Source: an uncultured archaeon
Lineage (GTDB): Archaea > Asgardarchaeota > Thorarchaeia > Thorarchaeales > CAZPUN01
Assembly: GCA_964589775.1 (NCBI GenBank)
Contig: CAZPUN010000021.1
Location: forward strand, 30,001 to 62,000
Reading direction: 5' to 3'
DNA: 32,000 nt
Shown: positions 17,361 through 25,418 of the stretch, one piece after another
Layout: the number at the start of each line of letters is the position of its first letter
Numbering within the stretch: the first letter of the stretch is position 1
Position numbers and translations under genes: made by a program
Notes under the pieces: generated by a model
What the model saw: only the letters and a program-made list of their open reading frames with translations
Told to the model about the DNA's origin: nothing
Database searches by the model: none

Positions 17361-19445
17361 TTAAAAAACATATCTATATCTTTCAACAAATTCTTGTCTT
17401 TTATGTGGGTTCCAATTCTCAATATTCTGCAAGTATGTTGAAATTCTAGAAACTATTTCTGTTGATTCTGATTTGCATTTTGGACAAGTTCCAAAAATTT
17501 TGCCTTTTTCGAATGTGATTTCTACAGGTGATGATAACTTGCATTTAGAGCAATATAAGCTATCTACAGTAAATGCAAAATTTCCGATATTAAGCTCAAT
17601 TGCATTTTGGAGAATATTTCCAACGTGTTCTGGATTTGCATATCCTCTGATAAATATCTGTGATGGTGCACCGCTAAAGACAAGTTTGCTCATATCTGCT
17701 TCGAATTGCAATCTTTTGTCTATGTCGATTTCTATATCTTCCGGAGCTCCAATTGCTGGTGTATAATATGGTGCATGCTCAACTCCTCTGATATATTTTC
17801 GCATACCTGGGAACCTCATATAATCCTTCATGGCTAATTGACCGCCTACAAGTTCTCCAGGGCTTCTTGTTAATGCAATTCGTACATCTAAATCTTCAGC
17901 AAACTCATTTGCTCGTTTTGCTGTATATTCTATGACTTTTCTAGCAAAAGCATTTCCTTCTTTTTCATAAATTCGGCTCTCTGTAATTATTTTACATGTT
18001 GTATCCAGTCCAATTATGCCAATCAGAAAGTTTTTGTCTACACCTTGAATTAATGGTTTTCCATCTAATAATTTCTGATTATAAAATGGAATTATTTTCT
18101 TTTTGATTATCTTTTGGAGGATCTCTTTGCGTGTTGCAAATGCTTGTTTTGTCAGATCTAAATATTTGTCCAGAATTTCAAAAAATCGCCTTTCGTCATT
18201 TCGTCCATGCCATGCTGCACGCGCATAGTTTGGTGTTATAGTACTTGATGAGCCAAAAATATACGTCCCATTCTTGAAAGATTCAATTTTCTCCGGGTCT
18301 GAATTCGTATATATGAAATCTGCACTTATTATTGAACCCGCAATGATGTTATTTGGTTTAAAATTAATAAATTGAGGTGTTCCAAATTTGGAGGACAGGT
18401 CGGTGATCTTTTCTAATGATTCTTTGTATTTTTTCTCATTGAGCATGTCTGTTATGATTTCAATTTTTGGAAATTTGAAAGGTCTTCCCTTAGCATCTCC
18501 TCTACTTAGGACATCTATTATTGCATTGAAAAATGCATTTGTTTCTTCTTCGAAATCTGCGTATGTATCTGTAGATTGAACGCCTCCCGGAAGTATAGCC
18601 GGAACATCTCTAAGTATATCTGGAACACCTGGCGTTAAACTGATAGAACTGAAGATCACCTGTCCTCCTCTTGAAACATATTGTTGAGACATTGTATAGA
18701 CAAATTGTTGTGCTCTTTGTATAATCTCTTTTTGCGTGAGTCCTTTCAAATATGGTGCTAGGAGAGTGTTGAAATAAAAGAATCCCTGGCTGCCTGCAAA
18801 ATTATTTTGTGCAGATGTTAACCATGTAGACGCATGACTAAGTGCAACATCAATATGTTTTGCAGGAGCCGCGGAATTCGAATGTATACCACCCATCCCA
18901 TCTGGTTCAAGCCCGTGTTTCAGGACCATTCGTAAGTCCCAATAATACTCTTCATCACGGGTCGTAAAATATTGAATATTTCCGATATAGATTTCTCCTT
19001 TCATATGAGCATCTGCGATATATGTCGGGATAGTAAGGAACGTGTGTTGCTCCATAACTTCATCATGGATCACTTTTGCAACACTTTCTGGATTATGTGC
19101 GAGATGTGCGTTTGATGCATGAATTGATGGATTTGCAATTATTTTATTTAGGTCATATAGTGGAACTCCAACTCGTGTGTATTTTTTGCGTGCTTCTTCA
19201 AGTCCCATTTCCGCCAGGACGCTGTTGCACATTTCTCTAATAAGAGGCCCAGACAGAAATTCTATTCCTGAATGATAAATTCTCTGAACTACTTGCCATG
19301 CAATTTTGATGGCTGTTTTGCGAGGTACTTCCGCTTCAACAATTAGACTTTCAATAATTCTATCCGGGTCAAACGGAAATAGATCTTTTGAGCTAGTACG
19401 TACATACGGCAGACTTTTTGACCATGCTTTCACTTCATCATACAT
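17361..19445 (-). CDS. Class III (anaerobic) ribonucleoside-triphosphate reductase homologue with ATP-cone; predicted catalytically inactive
   Basis: ATP-cone (VRTS...FDPDRI...LSGPLIRE), RGGQVIFSS, GDAKGRPFKFP, Zn ribbon CSKC/CPKC, C-terminal SRISTY...WNPHKRQE. ATG 19445 is preferred; the ORF track extends to TTG 19553. Confidence 0.85.
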   Translation of the reverse strand: MYDEVKAWSKSLPYVRTSSKDLFPFDPDRIIESLIVEAEVPRKTAIKIAWQVVQRIYHSGIEFLSGPLIREMCNSVLAEMGLEEARKKYTRVGVPLYDLNKIIANPSIHASNAHLAHNPESVAKVIHDEVMEQHTFLTIPTYIADAHMKGEIYIGNIQYFTTRDEEYYWDLRMVLKHGLEPDGMGGIHSNSAAPAKHIDVALSHASTWLTSAQNNFAGSQGFFYFNTLLAPYLKGLTQKEIIQRAQQFVYTMSQQYVSRGGQVIFSSISLTPGVPDILRDVPAILPGGVQSTDTYADFEEETNAFFNAIIDVLSRGDAKGRPFKFPKIEIITDMLNEKKYKESLEKITDLSSKFGTPQFINFKPNNIIAGSIISADFIYTNSDPEKIESFKNGTYIFGSSSTITPNYARAAWHGRNDERRFFEILDKYLDLTKQAFATRKEILQKIIKKKIIPFYNQKLLDGKPLIQGVDKNFLIGIIGLDTTCKIITESRIYEKEGNAFARKVIEYTAKRANEFAEDLDVRIALTRSPGELVGGQLAMKDYMRFPGMRKYIRGVEHAPYYTPAIGAPEDIEIDIDKRLQFEADMSKLVFSGAPSQIFIRGYANPEHVGNILQNAIELNIGNFAFTVDSLYCSKCKLSSPVEITFEKGKIFGTCPKCKSESTEIVSRISTYLQNIENWNPHKRQEFVERYRYVF

Positions 19446-19502
19446 GTTTTCAATGTTCCTTCTATCCTCTGACACATATCGCACCTTCTCGGAGAAATTA
19501 TA

Positions 19503-19541
19503 AAGGCAAAGGAACCTCTCTCCTTTTTGCTCCTTTACCTT
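19503..19541 (-). promoter_or_regulatory. 13-bp hairpin in the putative 5' leader of the nrdD-like gene
   Basis: On the minus strand AAGGUAAAGGAGC pairs with GUUCCUUUGCCUU; both deviations from complementarity are G-U wobbles on this strand. Confidence 0.5.
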
Positions 19542-19758
19542 GGATGAGACCAAACACCATAAGTGGCCTTCCCGGCAGTATTATTAAATCTTAAATTATG
19601 ATATATAACCTTTGGGAATATCCCTGTATTTTCTGCGTATGACATAATATGCTAGGCGCTAATTAATTTATGTAAATCCTTATTAAGCATTTCAAAAGTT
19701 TGTGTTACATAGATTTAAACGGACTTTTTCAGATAAATAATCAGAAAATGAGTCCGGA

Positions 19759-20103
19759 GTGTACTTGATGAGTGAAGAAATATCTAATGAACTCGATAAA
19801 ATAATACGGATGCGAGAATCATTAGCATTTAAAATATTAGAACTATTATCAGTATCATATAAACCACTTAGACCTGTGGAACTGTCTGAAATATTAGGCG
19901 CAAGCCAAAAAGATATTACAGCTACTTTAATACGATTAAATAAAAAAGGTCTTGTAGTAAAGGTACCTAATGATAGTATGTCTCTCTGGACTTCTCATAT
20001 TTCATTATTGAAATACATATCAAATATTTGGAATCGCATAAAATCCTTGGAGTCTAAGTATGAAGATCTTGAAAAAATTGTTAAAGATTTACTAGGTGAA
20101 TAA
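19759..20103 (+). CDS. Winged-helix DNA-binding protein with C-terminal coiled coil
   Basis: KILELL...PLRPVELSEILG.SQKDITATLIRLNKKGLV wHTH pattern; heptad tail RIKSLESKYEDLEKIV. ATG 19768 is an alternative start. Confidence 0.75.
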   Translation: MYLMSEEISNELDKIIRMRESLAFKILELLSVSYKPLRPVELSEILGASQKDITATLIRLNKKGLVVKVPNDSMSLWTSHISLLKYISNIWNRIKSLESKYEDLEKIVKDLLGE

Positions 20104-20105
20104 TA

Positions 20106-20486
20106 ATGAATGAACAAAATCTTAATGAATCTGATTTGGTCGAATCATTAAAATTAATTGAAGATGTATTTCCACGACTTACAAATCCTAGAAATATTAA
20201 AAGTCTTCAAATATTAAATGTACTTTTATCTTCTATAACTGGGGACCCTATTCGTCCATCTGCAATACAGAAAATAATTGAAAATGCATCATCGGCCCCT
20301 ACATCGAAACAATCTATTACAAATGCCGCAAAAAGACTAGATGCATCTAAATTAATCGAAAGAAATAAAGATGGCTATGCTGTTCGGTATGGCTTTCTAA
20401 TCGCTGTATTACTTCAAACTGTAATCTCATTATACCGTCGAATCGAAGATCTCGAAGATAAAATTGATGAGTTATCTAATAAATAG
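20106..20486 (+). CDS. Winged-helix protein with C-terminal coiled coil (paralogue of upstream gene)
   Basis: QILNVLL...PIRPSAI...SKQSITNAAKRLDASKLIER; tail RRIEDLEDKIDEL; starts 2 nt after the upstream stop. Confidence 0.7.
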   Translation: MNEQNLNESDLVESLKLIEDVFPRLTNPRNIKSLQILNVLLSSITGDPIRPSAIQKIIENASSAPTSKQSITNAAKRLDASKLIERNKDGYAVRYGFLIAVLLQTVISLYRRIEDLEDKIDELSNK

Positions 20487-20488
20487 AA

Positions 20489-21625
20489 TTATTCCGATAA
20501 ATCTTTGATGAACTCATCAAGATCTTCATAAGTTATGTGCGGCATGATTATGATTCGTAAAGATTTTGGAAATGGCGATACTGCAATTACCCATCCCTTG
20601 TCTCGGAGTTGCTTTGCCGTTCTATCTACATTTTCAGTCTTAATTGCTACTATGTTCATTTGTGGTTCTATTACTGTATCTACATTTTCAATCTGTTCAA
20701 TCTTTTCTACAAGATATTTTGTCTTGTCCATACAATCCTTAATAAGCGCCCTAAATCCTTCCCTCCCCAAATAGTTTATCGTAGCCCATGTAGCTATTAC
20801 TGGTGCAGCAGATCTAGTTCCTGTAATCCCATACTGTATGGACCCTTTTCCTTGAATGTATGGAATTTCAAAAGCGATGTGCTCAAGAAGACTTTCATTT
20901 CGTGTTAAAAACATTCCTGCAGGAATAGGTACGAGCGCCATTTTATGAGGGTCTATCGTAATTGAGGTGACTCGCTCAATAATAAAATCGAAATTTGGGA
21001 CATTATATCCTAATTCCTTTAGAAATGGTATAACAAATCCCCCAAATGCTGCATCAACATGAAGTGGTAGATCATAAGTTTCTGCAATCTTTGCAATGTC
21101 CTCAATAGGATCTACAATTCCCAGATATGTTGTACCTGCAGTTGCAACAATTCCTGCAGTATTATCATTAATATTTTCGAGCATTTTGTAAGGATCTGCC
21201 TTAAACTCCTCATCAACATCTATCAACACTGGTTTCAATCCTAATAATTTGCAGGCTTTTAACATAGACACGTGGGCAGTCTTTGGAATTATCACTTCTT
21301 TTTTCCCTGTTTTATTTCGCATTAGTTCTAGTCCTAAAATGTTTGATTCAGTCCCTCCAGTTGTCATGATGCCTGCTGCATGCTCATTGTTCAATAAGTC
21401 ACCAATTTCCATAATTAGTTCTTGTTCTAATTCCCATGAACCCGCAAAAGCATCCGGACGCCCTAAATTTCTCTCCAAATTCTCAGCAAATATCCTTTTT
21501 GCAAAGTCCAAAGGACTTGACGACATAAATGAAAGGATTCGCCCACTATTAAAATCAATATCTGATGATAACTTATCTTCTAAGATATTCCTTATTTCGT
21601 ACTCATCAAGTCTATGTTCTTTCAT
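20489..21625 (-). CDS. mfnA: PLP-dependent L-tyrosine/L-aspartate decarboxylase MfnA
   Basis: SGRILSFM, TTGGTESN, AGTTYLG, HVDAAFGG, DPHK (PLP lysine), GTRS. Confidence 0.9.
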   Translation of the reverse strand: MKEHRLDEYEIRNILEDKLSSDIDFNSGRILSFMSSSPLDFAKRIFAENLERNLGRPDAFAGSWELEQELIMEIGDLLNNEHAAGIMTTGGTESNILGLELMRNKTGKKEVIIPKTAHVSMLKACKLLGLKPVLIDVDEEFKADPYKMLENINDNTAGIVATAGTTYLGIVDPIEDIAKIAETYDLPLHVDAAFGGFVIPFLKELGYNVPNFDFIIERVTSITIDPHKMALVPIPAGMFLTRNESLLEHIAFEIPYIQGKGSIQYGITGTRSAAPVIATWATINYLGREGFRALIKDCMDKTKYLVEKIEQIENVDTVIEPQMNIVAIKTENVDRTAKQLRDKGWVIAVSPFPKSLRIIIMPHITYEDLDEFIKDLSE

Positions 21626-21697
21626 TTGTATGCCTCAATTAATCTTCAAAATCACTATCTTAAAACAATTCCGAATATCCTAATTATTAATGACCAT

Positions 21698-21714
21698 TCG
21701 ATAAAGTTTAAAAA
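21698..21714 (+). promoter_or_regulatory. BRE/TATA promoter of tRNA-His
   Basis: TCGATAAAGTTTAAAAA; the 11-mer TCGATAAAGTT recurs at 22310-22320 upstream of tRNA-Leu. Confidence 0.6.
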
Positions 21715-21744
21715 TATCCTTTGCATGAATTATTCATAACTTGT

Positions 21745-21844
21745 GGCCCGGTTGGGCTAGAGGCATGCTAGGGGACTGTGGATCCCTTGACCCGGGTTCG
21801 ATTGTGATGTATGAACATCACCGAAAATCCCGGACCGGGCCCCA
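21745..21844 (+). tRNA. tRNA-His(GTG) with 25-nt non-canonical intron in the T-loop (position 59/60; 21803-21827)
   Basis: Acceptor stem GCCCGGT/ACCGGGC, encoded G-1:C73 and CCA; anticodon arm GGGGA-CTGTGGA-TCCCT; T-arm CCGGG-TTCGAT^T-CCCGG interrupted by a perfect bulge-helix-bulge. Confidence 0.95.
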
Positions 21845-21970
21845 TCTTATACTAATTCTTCACGTTCATAAAAAATAAATAAACTCACTTTTGGATATGT
21901 TTTGTAGAGATCACGCAAAAATCTTCATAAATGCAAAATGTAAATCCTTGTTAGAAAAATAATTATATAT

Positions 21971-22025
21971 CAAGGGGCCCCGTTCCCCCAAACGGGACCC
22001 CTCCTTTGCGACCGAGTGCCCCTTG
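21971..22025 (-). ncRNA. Candidate structured ncRNA (GC-rich island between two tRNAs)
   Basis: 12-bp stem AGGGGUCCCGUU/AACGGGGCCCCU on the minus strand, plus an alternative pairing CAAGGGGC/GCCCCUUG, in very AT-rich surroundings. Confidence 0.4.
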
Positions 22026-22309
22026 GATAGTCCCTAGCAATTAGTCTCTGTATAATTATTAAGAAAAAAATAATTAATATCTTTTTTCAATTTCATAATC
22101 GAATTTGTCTTAAATATTACTTTCTCTTATTGTAGTTTTACTATGGAATTTTTTGATTTTTCTCAATAATTTTAATATTACTCATTTTTGAGTATGCTGT
22201 ATTTTCGGTATTGCATGAGTTTTTCTGAATATAACAAAGTTTAGTTTGATACCATTATTAATTAAAAAATTTGTATTTTGTAAAATTTGGTATCAAAAAT
22301 TATGAAGCA

Positions 22310-22327
22310 TCGATAAAGTTAAATTTT
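22310..22327 (+). promoter_or_regulatory. BRE/TATA promoter of tRNA-Leu
   Basis: TCGATAAAGTTAAATTTT; motif shared with the tRNA-His upstream region. Confidence 0.6.
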
Positions 22328-22350
22328 CAAGATGAATTAAACCATCTTGA

Positions 22351-22438
22351 GCGGAGGTTGCCAAGTCTGGTCAAAGGCGCAAGGCTCAGGACCTTGTCCA
22401 GTAGTGGTTCGCGAGTTCAAATCTCGCCCTCCGCACCA
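22351..22438 (+). tRNA. tRNA-Leu(CAG)
   Basis: GCGGAGG/CCTCCGC acceptor stem, A discriminator plus CCA, anticodon arm CAAGG-CTCAGGA-CCTTG, long variable arm, GCGAG-TTCAAAT-CTCGC T-arm. Confidence 0.97.
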
Positions 22439-22480
22439 TGATTTTGATATAATGTGGACAATAAAAAGAAGAAAGTGTAA

Positions 22481-22918
22481 TTATGTTTCTTTTAAGATAA
22501 ATGAAACATCTATTTTCTCGATGCCCTCTATTTTCTCTATTTTATTTGATAGTAGTTTGTAAAACTCGTTCATATTCTTTGATTTTACGATAGCTACGAT
22601 TGTTGCTTGACCTGTGGTTTCCCAGATCTTTAGAACTTCTTCGACTTTTTGTAATTCATTCCAGATATTTTGTGATGTTCCTAGTTTAACTTGAATAAAT
22701 AACATAGCTTGTACATCGAATCCTAATTTTCGCCAATCAACTTCAGTGATGAATCTTCTAATGACTTTAATTTTCTTTAGTTTATTCATTCTATTTCTGA
22801 CAGTACTCGAACTAACATCTACTTCTTGTGCGATATCTGTAAGGCTAGCTCGTGCATCACGTAAAATTATATCGAGGATTTTTTTGTCCACACTATCGAT
22901 TTTTTCAGATTCAGACAC
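22481..22918 (-). CDS. Lrp/AsnC family transcriptional regulator
   Basis: DSVDKKILDIILRDARASLTDIAQEVDVSSSTVRNRMNKL HTH; KLGF linker; C-terminal RAM domain (ETTG). Confidence 0.93.
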   Translation of the reverse strand: MSESEKIDSVDKKILDIILRDARASLTDIAQEVDVSSSTVRNRMNKLKKIKVIRRFITEVDWRKLGFDVQAMLFIQVKLGTSQNIWNELQKVEEVLKIWETTGQATIVAIVKSKNMNEFYKLLSNKIEKIEGIEKIDVSFILKET

Positions 22919-23112
22919 CTATTTCACTTCCCGTCCAGAGATGACTTATTTTCATATGGTGCAAATCCCTTATTTTATTAATTATAAAAACTAATATAAA
23001 AGGAATTTGATAAACTTTATTATTATTTCACCATTATTTTCATAATTTGTAAGTATTTTGATTCAAAATAATCAAAATGATGCCGGTCGTTCAATCGACC
23101 AGCATAGATTTT

Positions 23113-23508
23113 TTATCTCACACGCATAATTATTGGTTTACCCATTACAACCCAGTATTCTACATTTACACCAGGTTCGATTTTACTCTTTACTTCTTCA
23201 TCTTCAGGCTGTTCGACTTCAAATGTTTCATATGTTTCCGAATCCATGATCTGAACTGTTGTTGGTGTTAGTGAAATAACTTGTGCGTTCTTTTTCTCAA
23301 TGACTGGTGTTTCAACCTTTCTGTTTACTGGCATTACTACATTTCGTTTTCTTCCATCAAAGAAACCAATAGCGACAATATTTGCTTTAGCAGAACCATG
23401 TTTTCCTGGTTTTGACTTTTCAATAGAGACCACTTTGCATGGTTCTCCATCGATCAGAAAATAGTTTCCTGGTTTTAACAATCTTACTTCTGTTATACGG
23501 GTACTCAT
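23113..23508 (-). CDS. eif5a: Translation factor aIF5A (eIF5A)
   Basis: Hypusine motif SKPGKHGSAK. ATG 23508 is preceded by GGTGAG (ORF track starts at 23520). Confidence 0.97.
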   Translation of the reverse strand: MSTRITEVRLLKPGNYFLIDGEPCKVVSIEKSKPGKHGSAKANIVAIGFFDGRKRNVVMPVNRKVETPVIEKKNAQVISLTPTTVQIMDSETYETFEVEQPEDEEVKSKIEPGVNVEYWVVMGKPIIMRVR

Positions 23509-23738
23509 CAAACTCACCATTAATATTGTAATAGATTATATTAAATAATCTATACGTTCTCTTATTAATTTTAATACAGTATGTGTTAATTATTGTTTTA
23601 CTTTATATTTCTTATTGTATTGCATTTTCATAAAAATACATAATTTTTTAAATTCCTTGCAATTATAGTTTTTGTTGAATACGATTAATTAAAATGTTAT
23701 ATATCCTTTGAAACTATAATCGGGTTAAGTGACCTAAT

Positions 23739-24599
23739 TTGACAGATGCAAAAATACCTTTTAAGTCGGCGCTTATCGTTTGCCGTCCGGGTCCCAGAAT
23801 CGGTGATTATGCGCGGCGAATTGCAAATTTTCTAATTGACCGAAAAATTGAGGTTTATGCGACTCCTGATTCATGTCCTGCTCTCTCAGAATTTATTATT
23901 GAATCTCAAATTCATGAATTAGAGCCTGATTTTGTCGTTACGGTTGGTGGTGATGGGACTGTATTGTATACCCTATCAAAGTTAAAGCGTCGCGATATTC
24001 CTCTTTTCTGCATTAATCGTGGCTCTTTTGGATTTATGACTGAAACTGATCTTGATAATGCAATACCAGTTCTTGAAAAAGTTCTATCCGGAAATTATTG
24101 GATTGATGAAGCAATGAATTTATCTTCCGGTTTCGGAGATCAAATTTTTGCTGATGCGCAGAATGAAGTAATGGTACATTCTGCTAAACCGGGGAAAATA
24201 ATGACGTTCGATATTTTTCTTGATTCCGTATTGATCGAACGTGGGCGAGCAGATGGTGTTATTATTTCTACCCCCACTGGCTCCACTGCTTATGCGCTTT
24301 CTGCAGGCGGTTCAATTCTTGATCCTCGTTTGAATGCAATAATTGTTGTACCCATATGTTCTCCATTACTAGAGTTACGCCCCATTGTTGTCCCTGGAGA
24401 TAGCTCCATTGAAATAAAGATTACAAAGCCTCATGGCGAGGGCTTAGTTGTGATTGATGGGCAGGTTTCATATAATATACCTCCTTTATCTACTGTTTGG
24501 ATTAAAAAATCAAAGATTAAGACCCGTTTTATTCGGAGTGTAACAACATTTTATGATCGCTTTAGAACCAAAATAACTCGGGAAGACGATAATTTATGA
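23739..24599 (+). CDS. nadK: NAD(+) kinase
   Basis: GGDGT, NE motif, DGVIISTPTGSTAYALSAGG. Confidence 0.95.
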   Translation: MTDAKIPFKSALIVCRPGPRIGDYARRIANFLIDRKIEVYATPDSCPALSEFIIESQIHELEPDFVVTVGGDGTVLYTLSKLKRRDIPLFCINRGSFGFMTETDLDNAIPVLEKVLSGNYWIDEAMNLSSGFGDQIFADAQNEVMVHSAKPGKIMTFDIFLDSVLIERGRADGVIISTPTGSTAYALSAGGSILDPRLNAIIVVPICSPLLELRPIVVPGDSSIEIKITKPHGEGLVVIDGQVSYNIPPLSTVWIKKSKIKTRFIRSVTTFYDRFRTKITREDDNL

Positions 24600-25102
24600 A
24601 GTGTGTTGTACTAGACAGTGGTGCGATATTTAAAATTGATATTTCCGTTTTGCCATTTTCTTTTTTCACAACGCAATCTGTACTTTCTGAAATTAAAAAT
24701 AGACGTACTGTGTCCCGAATAGACTTCGCCATATCCGCTGGTCGCTTGAGTATTCAGAATCCTAATAATAATTCGATTGAAAAAATACAGGAAGTAGCAA
24801 CTAAAACTGGGGACATCGCTGTATTATCCCATGTAGATATTGATGTATTGGCGCTTGCTTATGAGTTAAAAGGGTCGAATGAAGATGTTGAACTATGGTC
24901 TAATGATTTTGCAGTTCAGAATGTTGCGAGTATTTTGAATATTTCGTGGCGTTCTCCCGAGTATAGAATAAAATCTGTATTGATCTGGGAATTTAAATGC
25001 CCGGGTTGTGGAAAGAGGTTTAAGAAGTTGACTCATGATGGTCTTTGTGATGTGTGTGGTACGCCCCTACGCAGACACAGAAAAAAACGAGTTATGCGCT
25101 AA
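24596..25102 (+). CDS. nob1: Nob1 rRNA-processing endonuclease (PIN domain + Zn ribbon)
   Basis: VLDSGA, TGDIAVLSHVDIDVLALA, SNDFAVQNVA, CPGCG...CDVCG. Confidence 0.9.
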   Translation: MKCVVLDSGAIFKIDISVLPFSFFTTQSVLSEIKNRRTVSRIDFAISAGRLSIQNPNNNSIEKIQEVATKTGDIAVLSHVDIDVLALAYELKGSNEDVELWSNDFAVQNVASILNISWRSPEYRIKSVLIWEFKCPGCGKRFKKLTHDGLCDVCGTPLRRHRKKRVMR

Positions 25103-25181
25103 CCTTTTAAAGGTAAATAATACGTGTGTAATACTAATATAAAATAATTAATTTTACGCGTGATATTTTGAGGCGAGGTAT

Positions 25182-25418
25182 ATGGTAAAACAAAACGAAA
25201 TTTTACTTATTGACCGTGATATTGAATCATTACGTATGGAAGTACGAAGAGAAATTGAATTAGTGAAAAAGTTCTTTGATGATTTTAATCCTACGGATAT
25301 TCCGTCTCAAGTTGTTATCTCGGCTCAAGACTTTGTTGGATTTGGGAAATCTGTATCTAAGAATCAAATAGTTGCCGACTCACAATTAAGAGAAAATTTG
25401 AAAGAACTAAACTTGTAA
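25182..25418 (+). CDS. Hypothetical small protein (78 aa)
   Basis: ATG with upstream GAGGCGAGG; fills the gap between nob1 and the convergent gene; no motif recognised. Confidence 0.6.
   Translation: MVKQNEILLIDRDIESLRMEVRREIELVKKFFDDFNPTDIPSQVVISAQDFVGFGKSVSKNQIVADSQLRENLKELNL

Noticed and set aside
17361-19553. Calling the nrdD-like gene a pseudogene or intein-containing
   Set aside because: The ORF is uninterrupted and of normal length, with no intein motifs noticed; the changes are active-site substitutions.
21745-22438. Integrated mobile element at the tRNA genes
   Set aside because: No integrase and no duplicated tRNA 3' end (att site) noticed; flanking genes are housekeeping.
22347-22562. 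ORF-track 71-aa ORF
   Set aside because: Overlaps tRNA-Leu entirely and the 3' end of the Lrp gene; spurious.
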